NCBI GenBank assembly: GCA_964016885.1
Contig: OZ024742.1
Coordinates: forward strand, 348,378,001 to 348,442,000
Reading direction: 5' to 3'
Length of the DNA: 64,000 nucleotides
Origin: Eledone cirrhosa
Lineage: Eukaryota
The notes under the pieces were generated by a model. That model was given only the letters and a program-made list of their open reading frames with translations, ran no database searches and was not told the origin of the DNA. The position numbers were made by a program, and so were the translations under genes. Shown piece after piece: positions 14,944 to 26,489 of the stretch. The stretch's first letter is position 1. Each line of letters starts with the position of its first letter.

Positions 14944-15012
14944 GCTGCTGCCAAGGCTGTAATTTTGACCAACAGAGTTATGAAGTTTGCATCAAAGTCT
15001 GATTCCACGTAA
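14944..15012 (+). CDS. CAMK4: CaMKIV-like kinase terminal coding exon (CaM-binding helix end)
   Basis: ttttAG|GCTGCTGCCAAG; AAAKAVILTNRVMKFASKSDST*. Confidence 0.88.
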   Translation, partial: AAAKAVILTNRVMKFASKSDST

Positions 15013-15208
15013 CTGACCAATTAATGGCAATTGACTAACCAATCAATGATGGTTCAATAACCAGTCAGTGACAGTTGACTAACCAATCAATGATGGTTCA
15101 ATAACCAGTCAATGGCAGTTCACTCAACCAGTCAATGATGGTTGATCAAAGATGACAATTTTTTTTTTCGAAATCTGCTTTTTAAATCACAGTTCAGATT
15201 AATTTTAA

Positions 15209-15214
15209 AATAAA
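15209..15214 (+). promoter_or_regulatory. Candidate polyadenylation signal of the kinase
   Basis: AATAAA about 200 nt after the stop codon. Confidence 0.4.
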
Positions 15215-15218
15215 GGAA

Positions 15219-15289
<71 letters not shown>

Positions 15290-15291
15290 AA

Positions 15292-15900
15292 TAGGACAGT
15301 GGATTATCAGTAATCGGTAGAGTGCTGGACAACATGCTTTGCAGCATGTAGTTATGACCCTTTACATTCTGAGTTCAAATCCCACTGAAGTCAACATTAC
15401 TTTTCGTCCTTTTGGGATCAATTTAATTAGTGTTCCCCTCCCCCAAATTGCATGCTTCATGCCTAAATGAGAAACAAGGGGTAGTGGGTTGGCAGAATCA
15501 GTCAAGCGTCTAACAAATGCTTTGTAGCATTTAGTTACAGCTTTTGTTGTTCTGAGTTTAAATCACATTAACCCTTTACATTACTCTATATATACTATTA
15601 TATTTTCACAGTAAACCTCACATAATTATTTCACATAATATCAAATCTATGAGATTTTGATATTATTTATTTTGAGAACAATACCTTAACATCGGTATGA
15701 GTGACCAGTTACAGCCAATTTGAACAGAAAGAGGTGAGGGAATTCTGGCCGGATAAGGCTGGTTTAAATGCTTATGGGTTAAGGTCAATTTTGTCTTTCA
15801 TCCTTCCAGGGTTGATAAAACAAAATACCAGTAAAATACTGAGTTCAATTTAATCAACTTTCTCCTCCTTTAAAATTACTGGCCTCGTGCCAACATTACA
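15292..15900 (+). mobile_element. Tandem old SINE-B copies, the second split by a MITE
   Basis: tRNA-like heads near 15292 and 15480; body resumes at 15783. Confidence 0.6.
15568..15782 (-). mobile_element. piggyBac-type MITE (TTAA TSD, CCC...GGG ends); monomer of the 177-bp satellite
   Basis: TTAA|CCCTTTACATT...AATGCTTATGGG|TTAA, inserted into a SINE that resumes after the duplicated TTAA. Confidence 0.85.
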
Positions 15901-16316
15901 ATTATTATAAAGGCAACGTTTGTTAGAATATTTAATTTTGCTGTTTTATGTTTTGGGTTTAAATCTTGCTGTGATGATATTTACCTTCTATTCTTCCGGG
16001 GTTGACTACATACCCCACCTACACACCCTCTCATAAAAATATAACTTTGTACCAACATTAGAGATTGAGAAATTGCTATCATATACAAGTAGTGACCTGC
16101 AGAATCTGTAGAGCAACAGATAAAGTGTTTTGCAATATTTCGTTAGATTTATGTTCTGTGTTCAAATGTTGCCAGGGACAACTTTTGTCTTTCAACTTTT
16201 TGAGGATTGTTAAAATAAAGTACCAGTCAAGTACTAAGACTGATTAAACACATACATACCCCTCCCCAGTCATGGGTCTAAACTAGAAATTATTTTTATT
16301 ATTAGAAACAATCAAA

Positions 16317-16500
16317 GGCAGTGGGTTGGCCAGAGTCGGTAGAACATTGGACAAATGCTTATCACTATTTGTTCTGGCTGAGTTCAAATCCTGCCAAGGT
16401 TAGCTTTGCCTTTCATCCTTACAGGGTCGATAAAATAAAGTACCAGTAATACACTGGGATAATTGCTAACCTTGTGCCAAAAGTAGAAACAATTATTCTG
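16317..16500 (+). mobile_element. SINE family B
   Basis: Matches 10326-10520. Confidence 0.75.
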
Positions 16501-16629
16501 TTAGCTTGGGGTTAGTCTTTATCTCTTCTCTATTTGTCACTTCTATCTTTGTGGTTTCCATTCTGAATATTTCTAATTTTGTTAGTTTTTTTGTGTTCCT
16601 TATTAATATTTTCACAGCGTGTTCATCTT

Positions 16630-16850
16630 CAATTTACTTAGCTGTAGAAATGAGTTGCAATGTCCCTACCGAGCTGTATTGGCCTTTTCCTTTCCCTTGA
16701 ACAACATTGGTGATGTGGAGAGGGGAGACTGGTGTGTATGGGTGACTGCTGGTCTTCCACAAACAACCTTACCTGGACTTGTGCCTCAGAGGACAACTTT
16801 CAAGGTGTAAATCCCATGGTCATCCATGACTGAACGGAGTCTTTACCCTT
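16630..16850 (+). mobile_element. CORE-type SINE 3' part (alternative tail)
   Basis: Matches 6130-6345. Confidence 0.65.
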
Positions 16851-17534
16851 TACTTCAATTTCTGGTATTTGTTTAGTTTTTCATATGTATCTTATTAGAT
16901 TAACAAATCTGTTGGGTATACATCAATATGTGGACTATTTTTCTCCCAAATGTGATGTGGATATACTGTCATATTTTTGTTCTTATGGTAGAGTGTTGCC
17001 GTAAAATATATATATAGAATCAAAATATATTCCTTTCCTCTCATGTTCATATGTTTTTTCGATTTTATTTGTGGCACTTGAGGGCTAAAGTCCAGTCCGT
17101 TGTTTAGAATAAGTTATTGATCTTTTTGTTTCTAAGTTTCTAAAGATTTACACATTAAGGTCTTCGTATTTTTTCCCTTAAGTTCATTATCTGCCTCAAA
17201 ATTTTTATGTCCACTCTTCCATGTTTGTATGAGTTGGATGGGGTTTTTCCAGCACAGTATTCCTTCACTTACTGAATTCCTTCATCATATCTTCAGTGAG
17301 GTGCAGTATTTTGGGATCCACTCTAACCCCTTCGGTCCAGGTCTATCTTCACTTTCCTCTACTTCCTTTCATTGGGAACTCCTGGAACTTCTTTATCCAA
17401 CAATCATTAGCCACACATGTCCATACCAGAGCAGTCTTCTCATTTGATTCTTCTTTCCTCAGCTCAAATTAGATACTTCCAGCTTCTTATCTCTTATGTT
17501 TGAGTGTGGTGGTGTCTTATTTATTTCCAGACCT

Positions 17535-17770
17535 TGCCACACATGTAGCCATACCACACATGTAGCCATGCCACACATGTAGCCATGCCACACATGTAGT
17601 CATGCCACACATGTAGCTATGCCACACATGTAGCCATGCCAAACATGTAGTCATGCCACACATATAAACATGCCACACATGTAGTCATGCCACACATGTA
17701 GCCATGTCACACATGTAGCCATGGAACACATGTAGTCATGCCACACATGTGTAGCCATGCCACACGTAGT
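17535..17770. repeat. 17-bp minisatellite (gccacacatgtagccat)n
   Basis: About 13 tandem units. Confidence 0.9.
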
Positions 17771-17919
17771 TCAACGGTGCAGTTATTTGTAGGAGAGTAA
17801 TTTGTGATTCAATACCTTCTCCCCAGTTTTAGTGGTATCAAGCCCTAACGGGGCTGTCTTTTGTGATTTAAGGTCTATTTTATCAATACACCTTCCCAGT
17901 TTTAAAATATCAAGCCCTA

Positions 17920-18270
17920 ACCACTGATAACTGGAATCATCTTGATGTTGTTAGCTGGTATTGACTCCAGGCTATTTCATTCTTCAAGTCAATATATTGA
18001 GTTAATTCTTCAAGGCTATGTTATGGTTCCCTGGGATGGTAACATCAGTCATCTGGTATTTACAGCTATTTCTCTGCATAATTACAATATTAGGCCTATT
18101 GTATTCAAATCTGCAGTCCGTTTGGATAGTGAACATTTAGAGTGTCTTCAGTTTGTCTCTGTTATATATTAGAGTATATGTTGTGTTGGGACCACTTATT
18201 GGACACATGATATCAATGTCTTACACATTGACCACTGAAGGTACATACAGACCTTATCATGTCTTCCTTT
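17920..18270 (-). mobile_element. R4/Dong-clade restriction-like endonuclease fragment
   Basis: Minus-strand frames give HDKVCMYLQWSMCK and FTIQTDCRFEYNRPNIVI...TDVTIPG, the RHN and RPD-type motifs. Confidence 0.65.
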
Positions 18271-18397
18271 TATTATTATTATTATTATTATCATTTCTTT
18301 GAGTTTCTACTGTATAACCTGGTGCAGCTGTCTTCTTGGGGGGTAGCAGTTGTGTTCTTATTTTTGTGGGGACTGGGGAAATATAGACTCCTTTTCT

Positions 18398-18530
18398 TGG
18401 TCTACTACACCAGTCTTAGTTTGTTGGTCTACTACACCAGTATTAGTTTGTTGGTCTGCTATATCAGTCTTAGTTTGTTGGTCTACTATACCAGTCTTAG
18501 TTTGTTGGTCTACTACATCAGTCTTAGTTA
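18398..18530. repeat. 27-bp tandem repeat (ttggtctactacaccagtcttagtttg)
   Basis: About 5 units. Confidence 0.85.
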
Positions 18531-18769
18531 GTTATGAGGGTTTAGCTTGTTATTTCTTGTGTTATTTCAGTGTCTGTTCTGTTGTGTGTGTTGTGTGTAG
18601 TGTGTAATGTATGTTGTGTGTGTTGTGTAAGATGTGAGCTCTCCTAACAGACCTACCTTGGGACACTGTCAACTTCTGTCAACCCTGCCACACCATTTAT
18701 GCTTTTGTCCATGTTTCTATCTATATATATTAATGGCAATATTTTCACCATCATACACCTCCATTACTG

Positions 18770-18817
<48 letters not shown>

Positions 18818-18821
<4 letters not shown>

Positions 18822-19312
18822 CATCCAGCTGTAGAAATCAAGCCAGAATCAGTTCCCGTCCCATCCTTGCAAGCAAGGAAAAGCAGACGTAAAATGATGA
18901 TGATGATGATGATGATGATTGAGGCATATATATATATGGAGGGATATATATATATATATGGAGGCACATAGTGGTTAGAGCATTGGCCTTGCAATCGAAA
19001 GGTTGTGAGTTCAATTCTCAGACCGGGTGATGTGTTGTTTCCTTGAGCAAGACACTTTATTTCACATTGATCCAGTTTACTCAGCTGTAGAAATGAGATG
19101 CAGTGGAATGATAGGGACCCCAGTCCCTATCATTCCACTGCAAAGTGGTCGTGTAGGTGCCACGGCAAAAAAAGGCAGCCAGCACTCACTGTAAATGAGG
19201 TTGGTGTTAGGAAGGGCATCCAGCTGTAGAAATCAAGCCAGAATCAGTTCCCGTCCCACCCTTGCAAGCAGGGAAAAGTGGACAAGTGGACGTAAAATGA
19301 TGATGATGATAT
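18818..19312 (+). mobile_element. CORE-type SINE 3' fragment plus a near full-length copy (18958-19312)
   Basis: Matches the other copies of the family. Confidence 0.85.
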
Positions 19313-19397
19313 TATTATACATCCATTACTGTTATATATAAATATATATATTATTATACATCATACACCTCCATTACAGTTATATATATATATATAT

Positions 19398-21233
19398 CAT
19401 CATCATCGTTTAACGTCCATCTTCCACGCTTGCATGGGTTTGGATGGGAGTTTTCCCACTTAAGGCAAGATTGGTTGTTCTGCTCGTATAGGACTGTCTG
19501 GCGGGTTTTCTATGGCTGGATGCCCTTCCTAACACCAACCACATTTACAGTGTGGACTGGAAGGTTTTTACCATGTTATCTACATGGCCACATTACAGCG
19601 TGGACTGTGTTTTTTTGTCGTGACACCTACACGACCTCATTTGTTTCGGACTGGATGTTGTGGTACCAACATAACTTCACATTGAAGGGGGTGCTGTGGA
19701 TGGGGTAGTGGGACGGGGGTGTATTTTTGTTAGAGGTGCCTACTGACTGTAGGTTTCGCTTTGTACTTAGGTAAGGTGGGTCTTCTGTATTACTGTGTAG
19801 CACCAAAGATCTCGGTCCAGTAACATTGTCTTGGAGAAGTGTAAGTGTGTGAGGTCGGAATTTATCAAGTCGTCCCAGGTTTTTCTGGGTCTGTCTACTC
19901 CGTATCTACCGTCTATTTTTATTGCCCTGCACTTTTTTATACAGCTGTCGTCTTTCATGCGCATCACATGACCGTACCAACGTAGTCTTCTCTCGAGTAA
20001 ACAACATCTGATCCCTCTTATTCCTAATTTCTCCCTTAGTTCGTTTATGCTTTGCCGTTCACGTATATTACTATTACACATCCAGCGGAGCATGCAAGCT
20101 TCGTTCCTCTCCAGTCTGCGTATATCCTCTGCACACAATGCCCAGGTCTCACTGCCATGTAACATTGCTGTTCGTATGCAGGCATCATACAGCCTGCCTT
20201 TCATTTTTAGAGAGAACCCTTTAGCGGCCAATAGTGGTATAACCTCTCTGAACTTTTTCCATCCCGTTCTGACTCTAGCTACTGTACTTTCAGAGCACCC
20301 TCCCCCACTGCTGATTTTGTCACCCAGGTAACGGAAGGTGTCCACTATTTCTATAGAACCATCTGTGCAATGGAATGAGCTAGAATTCTGTGGGCACTTG
20401 CTGCTACTTATTACACCAGAGCACCGGCCACATATAAAATCTATATTCTTAGTTAGCTTACCTGTGATCCCACTACATCTTTTATGCACCCATACTTTGC
20501 ATTTGGGACATAAAATGGAGTTTCTGCCTACTCCTTTCCTACACACTGAGAATGGCCATTTCCCAGATGGGACCGGTGCCCTATTTTCCTTCCTACAAAC
20601 TAGAAATTTAGTCTTCGACAGGTTAATTTTAAGGCCTTTTGAGGCTAGGCCATGCTTCCATGTTTGGAATTTCTTCTCTTGTTCAGCCATTGATTCAGCT
20701 ATGAGCGTTAGATCATCTGCGTATAGGAGCTCCCATGGGCAGCCGGTCTTGAAGTCCTCTGTTATAGCCTGAAGGGCAATAATAAATAGTAGGGGGCTAA
20801 GAACGGAGCCCTGATGAACACCAACTTTTACGCTAAACTCTTCACTATATTTGTTGTTAATTCTAACCTTGTTGACTGTTTCTTTATACATGGCTTGTAT
20901 AGCTCTCACAAGCCATTCATCAACACCTAGTTTTCTAAGAGCCCACCAGATAATGGAACGGGGGACTCTGTCAAAGGCTTTCTCCAAGTCGATTAAAGCT
21001 AAGTATAGGGGTTTACTTTTAGCTAGGTACTTCTCCTGTAGTTGTCGTACAATGAAAAGAGCGTCTGTGGTACTTTTACCTGACACAAACCCGAACTGCA
21101 TTTCATCTAGATCAATTCGTTCTCTGATTAGTTGCGCTATTACTTTTTCTGTGACCTTCATGACCTGGTCGATTAATTTAATGCCTCGAAAGTTACCCCT
21201 ATCTAGGGCATCTCCTTTACCCTTGTAGCAGTT
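19398..21233 (-). mobile_element. Young 5'-truncated RTE LINE with an open RT frame of about 490 codons
   Basis: ORF 19767-21329 contains RT motifs NFRGIKL, QFGF, DLEKAFD, QGSVLSP, YADD and FRYLG; (GAT)n tail; 5' end lies in (AT)n. Confidence 0.95.
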
Positions 21234-21275
21234 AATATATATATATATATTATAATAATTATTATTATTTATTGT

Positions 21276-21440
21276 TAGGGCGGTGGATTGGCAGTATTGG
21301 TAGAGAGTCAGCACCATGCTTTCCAGCATAGAGTTACGTCCCTTTACGGTCTGAGTTCAAATCCTTACGGGGTCAATAAAATAAAATACCAGTAATGTAC
21401 TGGTTAATTGCTGGCCTTGTGTCAAAAGTAGAAACAATTA
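21276..21440 (+). mobile_element. SINE family B (internally deleted)
   Basis: Matches 22516-22705. Confidence 0.75.
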
Positions 21441-21449
21441 TCATTTATT

Positions 21450-21830
21450 ATTATACTTTGGTAGGGTCATGCTGGTAATAAAAACATATGCACCTGTTGT
21501 TTTCACTTTCATTTATTACAAATTTCCAGATGGTTGGTTTAATAACTGGATGGTTGTTTATTTATTGTTAAAGCTCTTTCGTCACACATTGTTACCTCCT
21601 CAGTGACTAATTTGTTATTTTGTGTCTCTCCTTTGTTCTGTCCTACACTGTCTTGTTTTTGTATGTTGTGTGCTGGTTATTAAACCAGCCACTGGAAATT
21701 TGTAATAAATTGAAGTGAAAACCAACAGGTGTGTGTGTGTTTTCAATAGCAGCATGACCCTACCAAAGTATAACAATACCTGTTTCAACACATTTTTAGA
21801 TAAGAAATCTTGCAAAACAAATACAAACAT
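21450..21830. mobile_element. Penelope pLTR in inverted configuration (same family as 4905-5895)
   Basis: Reverse pLTR at 21450-21672 including a hammerhead motif (21567-21607, minus: gtcaCTGAGGAg..gacGAAAgagctt), then the forward tail at 21673-21830. Confidence 0.75.
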
Positions 21831-21839
21831 GCAGTATTA

Positions 21840-22512
21840 TTATTATTTATATGTTAACCAAGTATTATATATATATATTATCACATTATATATTATTTAT
21901 ATGTTAACTAAGTATTATATATATATATTATCACATTATATATTATTTATATGTTAACTAAGTATTATATATATATATTATCACATTATATGTTATTTAT
22001 ATGTTAACTAAGTATTATATATATATATTATCACATTATATATTATTTATATGTTAACTAAGTATTATATATATTATCACTTTATTATATATTATTTATA
22101 TGTTAACTAAGTATTATATATATTATCACTTTATTATATATTATTTATATGTTAACTAAATATTATATATATTATCACTTTATTATATATTATTTATATG
22201 TTAACTAAGTATTATATATATATATTATCACATATTATATATTATTTATATGTTAACTAAATATTATATATATTATCACTTTATTATATATTATTTATAT
22301 GTTAACTAAGTATTATATATATTATCACTTTATTATATATTATTTATATGTTAACTAAGTATTATATATATATATTATCACATATTATATATTATTTATA
22401 TGTTAACTATGTATTATATATATTATCACATATTGTATATTATATTATATGTTAACTAAGTATTATATATATATATTATTAGGGCGTTAACTAAGTATTA
22501 TATATATATATT
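21840..22512. repeat. AT-rich ~45-50-bp minisatellite (atgttaactaagtattatat...)
   Basis: More than 12 units. Confidence 0.9.
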
Positions 22513-22515
22513 ATT

Positions 22516-22705
22516 AGGGCGGTGGATTGGCAGTATCGGTGGAGGGTCGGACGCCATGCTTTCCAGCATAGTTACGTCCCTTTACGATCTGAGTTCAAAT
22601 CCCGCCGAGGTTGACTTTGCCTTTCATCCTTACGGGGTCGATAAAATAAAGTACCAGTAATGCACTGGGTAATTGCTGGCCTTGTGCCTAAAGTAGAAAC
22701 AATTA
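22516..22705 (+). mobile_element. SINE family B (well-preserved copy)
   Basis: A/B boxes and conserved body; CpG dinucleotides retained. Confidence 0.85.
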
Positions 22706-23199
22706 TATATATATATTATCACATATTATATATTATTTATATGTTAACTAATTGCTGGCCTTGTGCCAAAAGTAGAAACAATTATATATATTATCACATA
22801 TTACATATTGTATGTCAAATAAGTATTATTATATATATATTATCACAAGCTTGCTTGGTGAGGAGGGTGATATTTGGACACCCTGCGGGTTGAAATACAA
22901 GACCCGGCAAAGGGTGGAGGAACTCAGCAGGGTCAATGGCCATCCAAATAGTATTTTTTTTATACGGAGAGGTTAAAATCTGAGGCATAAAATGCTGAGG
23001 GCTGTCGTATTTTCTGTTTCAAAAAGTGTGGTTGGTCCTACACAAGCCTTCACCACTTAAAACTTTGTGTGGGTAGTTCAACATCAGTTCACTTTCTCAC
23101 ATCAACTTTTGTTGGACACTCTTACGTCAGATATCAACGGAAGAGTCCATCATATATTATTTATATGTGATAATATAAATAATACTTAGTTAACATATA

Positions 23200-23440
23200 A
23201 GGGCTGGATGCCCTTCCTAATACCAACCTCATTTACAGTGAGTGCTGGTGCTTTTTTGCCATGGCACCTCCACGACCACTTTGCAGTGGAATGATAGGGA
23301 CCCCAGTCTCTATCATCTCATTTCTACAGCTGAGTAAACTGGAGCAATGTGAAATAAAGTGTCTTGCTCAAGGAAACAACACATCACCCGGTCTGAGAAT
23401 TGAACTCACAACCTTTCGATTGCAAAGCCATGTGCCTCCA
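23200..23440 (-). mobile_element. CORE-type SINE (partial)
   Basis: Matches the family. Confidence 0.8.
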
Positions 23441-23480
23441 TATATATATATAATATAAAATAATATTAAATATTCTATTA

Positions 23481-23718
23481 AATATAAAATAATTTTAAAC
23501 GATATATAGAAATATATCAATTGAGAAACTAACCAGACTATATATATATATATATATAGAAACAAATATAATTTATATGGCCATTTAAATATAATTTAAT
23601 CGTTATGTGAGTAATGATTTTATTTAACACCTTAAATTGTATTTGTTTCTATTTTTATTAAAGCCTGGTTGGTTTCTCAATTGATATCTCTATATGTCGT
23701 TTAAAATTATTTTATATT
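23481..23718. repeat. AT-rich foldback (imperfect inverted repeat)
   Basis: aatataaaataattttaaacga...gaaactaaccag pairs with ctggttggtttc...tcgtttaaaattattttatatt. Confidence 0.7.
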
Positions 23719-23800
23719 ATTGATGCTCTAAACAAAAGTTTTATTTAACTTTTTTTGAGAAACATTATCTATACATATCTTATATGTATTGATTAAACCT

Positions 23801-23833
<33 letters not shown>

Positions 23834-24072
23834 ACTGGTCCAACTTGATGCATATATGTAGGGATAAATTTTCAAATGAGTAGATTATGATTATGAAAAA
23901 ATATATATTTTCGTTTTCCCAGAAATTTCTAGTTGTTTGTCATCTTAAAACAGAGTTATCATAACCTATACATATAAATTATATAATATATATATAAATT
24001 ATATTATATTATATATATATATATATAAATTATATTATATATATATATATATAAATTATATTATATATATAT

Positions 24073-24412
24073 AAGGCACATGGCTTAGTGGTTAGAGCAT
24101 TGGCCTTGCAATCGAAAGGTTGTGAGTTCAATTCTCCAGACCGGGTGATGTGTTGTTTCCTTGAGCAAGGCACTTTATTTCACATTGCTCCAGTTTACTC
24201 AGCTGTAGAAATGAGATGATAGGGACTGAGGTCCCTATCATTCCACTGTAAAGTGGTCGTGTAGGTGCCACGGCAAAAAAGCACCCAGCACTCACTGTAA
24301 ATGAGGTTGGTGTTAGGAAGGGCATCCAGCTGTAGAAATCAAGCCAGAATCAGTTCCCGTCCCACCCTTGCAAGCAGGGAAAAGTGGACGTAAAATGAAA
24401 TGATGATGATGA
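24073..24412 (+). mobile_element. Full-length CORE-type SINE with RTE tail
   Basis: Matches the family; inserted in (AT)n. Confidence 0.88.
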
Positions 24413-24824
24413 TATATATATATATAAATTATATTATATAAATTATATTATATATATATATATAAATTATATAATATATATATAAATTATATAATATATA
24501 TATGAAATGTTAAAAACATCAATATCAAGAATAAAATATGTAAATTGATATAATTGTTTGATTATTTTTGAAATGTACTTGTTTATTCTGTATTCTTTTA
24601 CTTGTTTCAGTCATTACTGTGGCCATGCTGTGGCACCAGCTTGATTTTTAATCAATCCTATCAATATCCTTAGTACTTATTTTATTATGCTTTTTTTTTT
24701 GGTGAACTGCGAAATTAAACACAGAAACTGACAAATGTAAGCGTAAACTTGGATACGATACACACACACATACACACACACACAACCTTCTTCGTTAATG
24801 ACAGTCAATAATAATAATGATTGA

Positions 24825-25635
24825 TCATCATCATCATCATCACCGTTTTACGTCTGTTCTTCCATGCTAGCATGGGTTAGACGGGTTGTCCTGTCGTGGG
24901 CAGTGTCTGGTCGGCTGACCATGCCTTGCTCATACAGGAACTGACTTGGCTTGATTTCTACAGCTGGATGCCCTTCCTAACACCAACCTCATTTACAGTG
25001 AGTGCTGGGTGCTTTTTCGTGGCGCCTACACGTCCACTTTACAGTGTGGGCTGGGTGCTTTTTTGCCGTGGCACCTCCACGACCACCTTGCAGTGGGAGG
25101 GTGTGGGGGCATATTGTCTATATGCTTCAGCTTGTACCCATGGGAGGTCGGGTACTCTGTATTACTGCGTGACACCAGAGGTCACGGTCGTGTGTCATCG
25201 CCTTTGAGAGGTGTAATTGGGTAAGGTCGGCTTTTATCACCTCATCCCAGGTCATCTTGGATCTCCCCACTCCGCGGTTTCCATCGACTTCTAGTGCTCT
25301 GCACATTTTTATGCAGCTGTCATCCTTCATACACATCACATGTCCATACCAACGCATCTGCCTCTCATGCACACAGCATTTGATTCCTCTTATGCTCAGT
25401 CTCTCTCTCAATTCCTTTATGCTTTGTCGTTCGCGTATATTACTATTACACATCCATCGGAGCATGCAGGTTTCGTTTCTCTCTAATCTACGTAAGTCTT
25501 CCACCTTCAGCGCTCAGGTCTCACTACCATGTAACATTGCTGTTCGGATACACGCATCATACAGCCTGCCTTTCATTTTGAAGGAGAAGCCTTTTGCAGC
25601 TAGCAGTGGTAGTAGTTCCCTGAACTTCTTCCAGT
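24825..25635 (-). mobile_element. 5'-truncated RTE LINE
   Basis: RLERNETCMLRWMC...MRWYGHV; (GAT)n tail. Confidence 0.9.
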
Positions 25636-26489
25636 ACATATACTGATACCAGTACATATGTTTGATTACTTATTCTATTGATCTTTAGACTGTTTAGTCA
25701 TTAAATAGCAAAGCTGGCTTATTTCTTTGGTATAAAGGGACATAACTCAACACAGCCTTTGGCACTGATATTCTGACATATAGATACATCCTCATAATCA
25801 TCATGTTTTACAGTCTACCAACTTCCACATAAAGGAATGGTTAACCTAAGGCTACAGTAGAAGACATCCATGGTACCACACAGCACGACAGAGCCCTGAA
25901 TTATGGTTCTGAAACTCCCTAACTACACAGCCATACCTGTGCCTTTCATTTGTGTGAATTGTTGTCATTACACACAGGCAGCTAATTGGCAGAGTCGTTA
26001 GAATGTTGTATAGATTGTGTTGTAGTATTTCTATTAGCTCTCTCTACTCTGAGTTCAAACCCTGCTGCGGTCAACTTTACTTTATACTTCTGACGGGGAT
26101 AAAATATAGTACCAGTTTACTACTGTGGTTGATTTATTTCACCTCCACCAAATTGTTCACCTTGTGCCTAAATTAAAAGGAATTGTTATAGTTTTATTCT
26201 GACTAATATGTGTATTTCTGTCTTTGCACACGACTTCATGTTATTATTCAAGCAAGCAATACCATTTGTTTATGATTGGACTGGGTGGTATGGCCTGATC
26301 TGAAATAGACAGGCTGGTCAGGACAATAAGCTCAGCCTGGCTGGTTCAATTTGGTTGTGTTGAGCCAGACTGGCTGAGCTGAATGGTATGGCTTGGCCTG
26401 GACAAGTTGGCTAAGCTGAACAAGCTGTTTAGCTAGCCTGAAGGACAGACACAGCTCTCAGAGCTGATCTGTCTTGACCTAGCCAACTA

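Noticed and set aside
20047-21228. Plus-strand ORFs overlapping RTE copies
   Set aside because: Antisense shadows of the RT frame.
19767-21329. 520-aa ORF as an autonomous active retrotransposon or host gene
   Set aside because: The N-terminus is read-through from a SINE and (AT)n; the element is 5'-truncated and lacks the endonuclease.
22845-23150. Possible LINE 5'UTR or HDV-like ribozyme
   Set aside because: Looks like a TE fragment, but no nested pseudoknot or ORF could be established by eye.
24073-24150. tRNA gene-like sequences (here and at the other SINE heads)
   Set aside because: They have A/B boxes but run into CORE/SINE bodies and tails, and no complete cloverleaf was seen.
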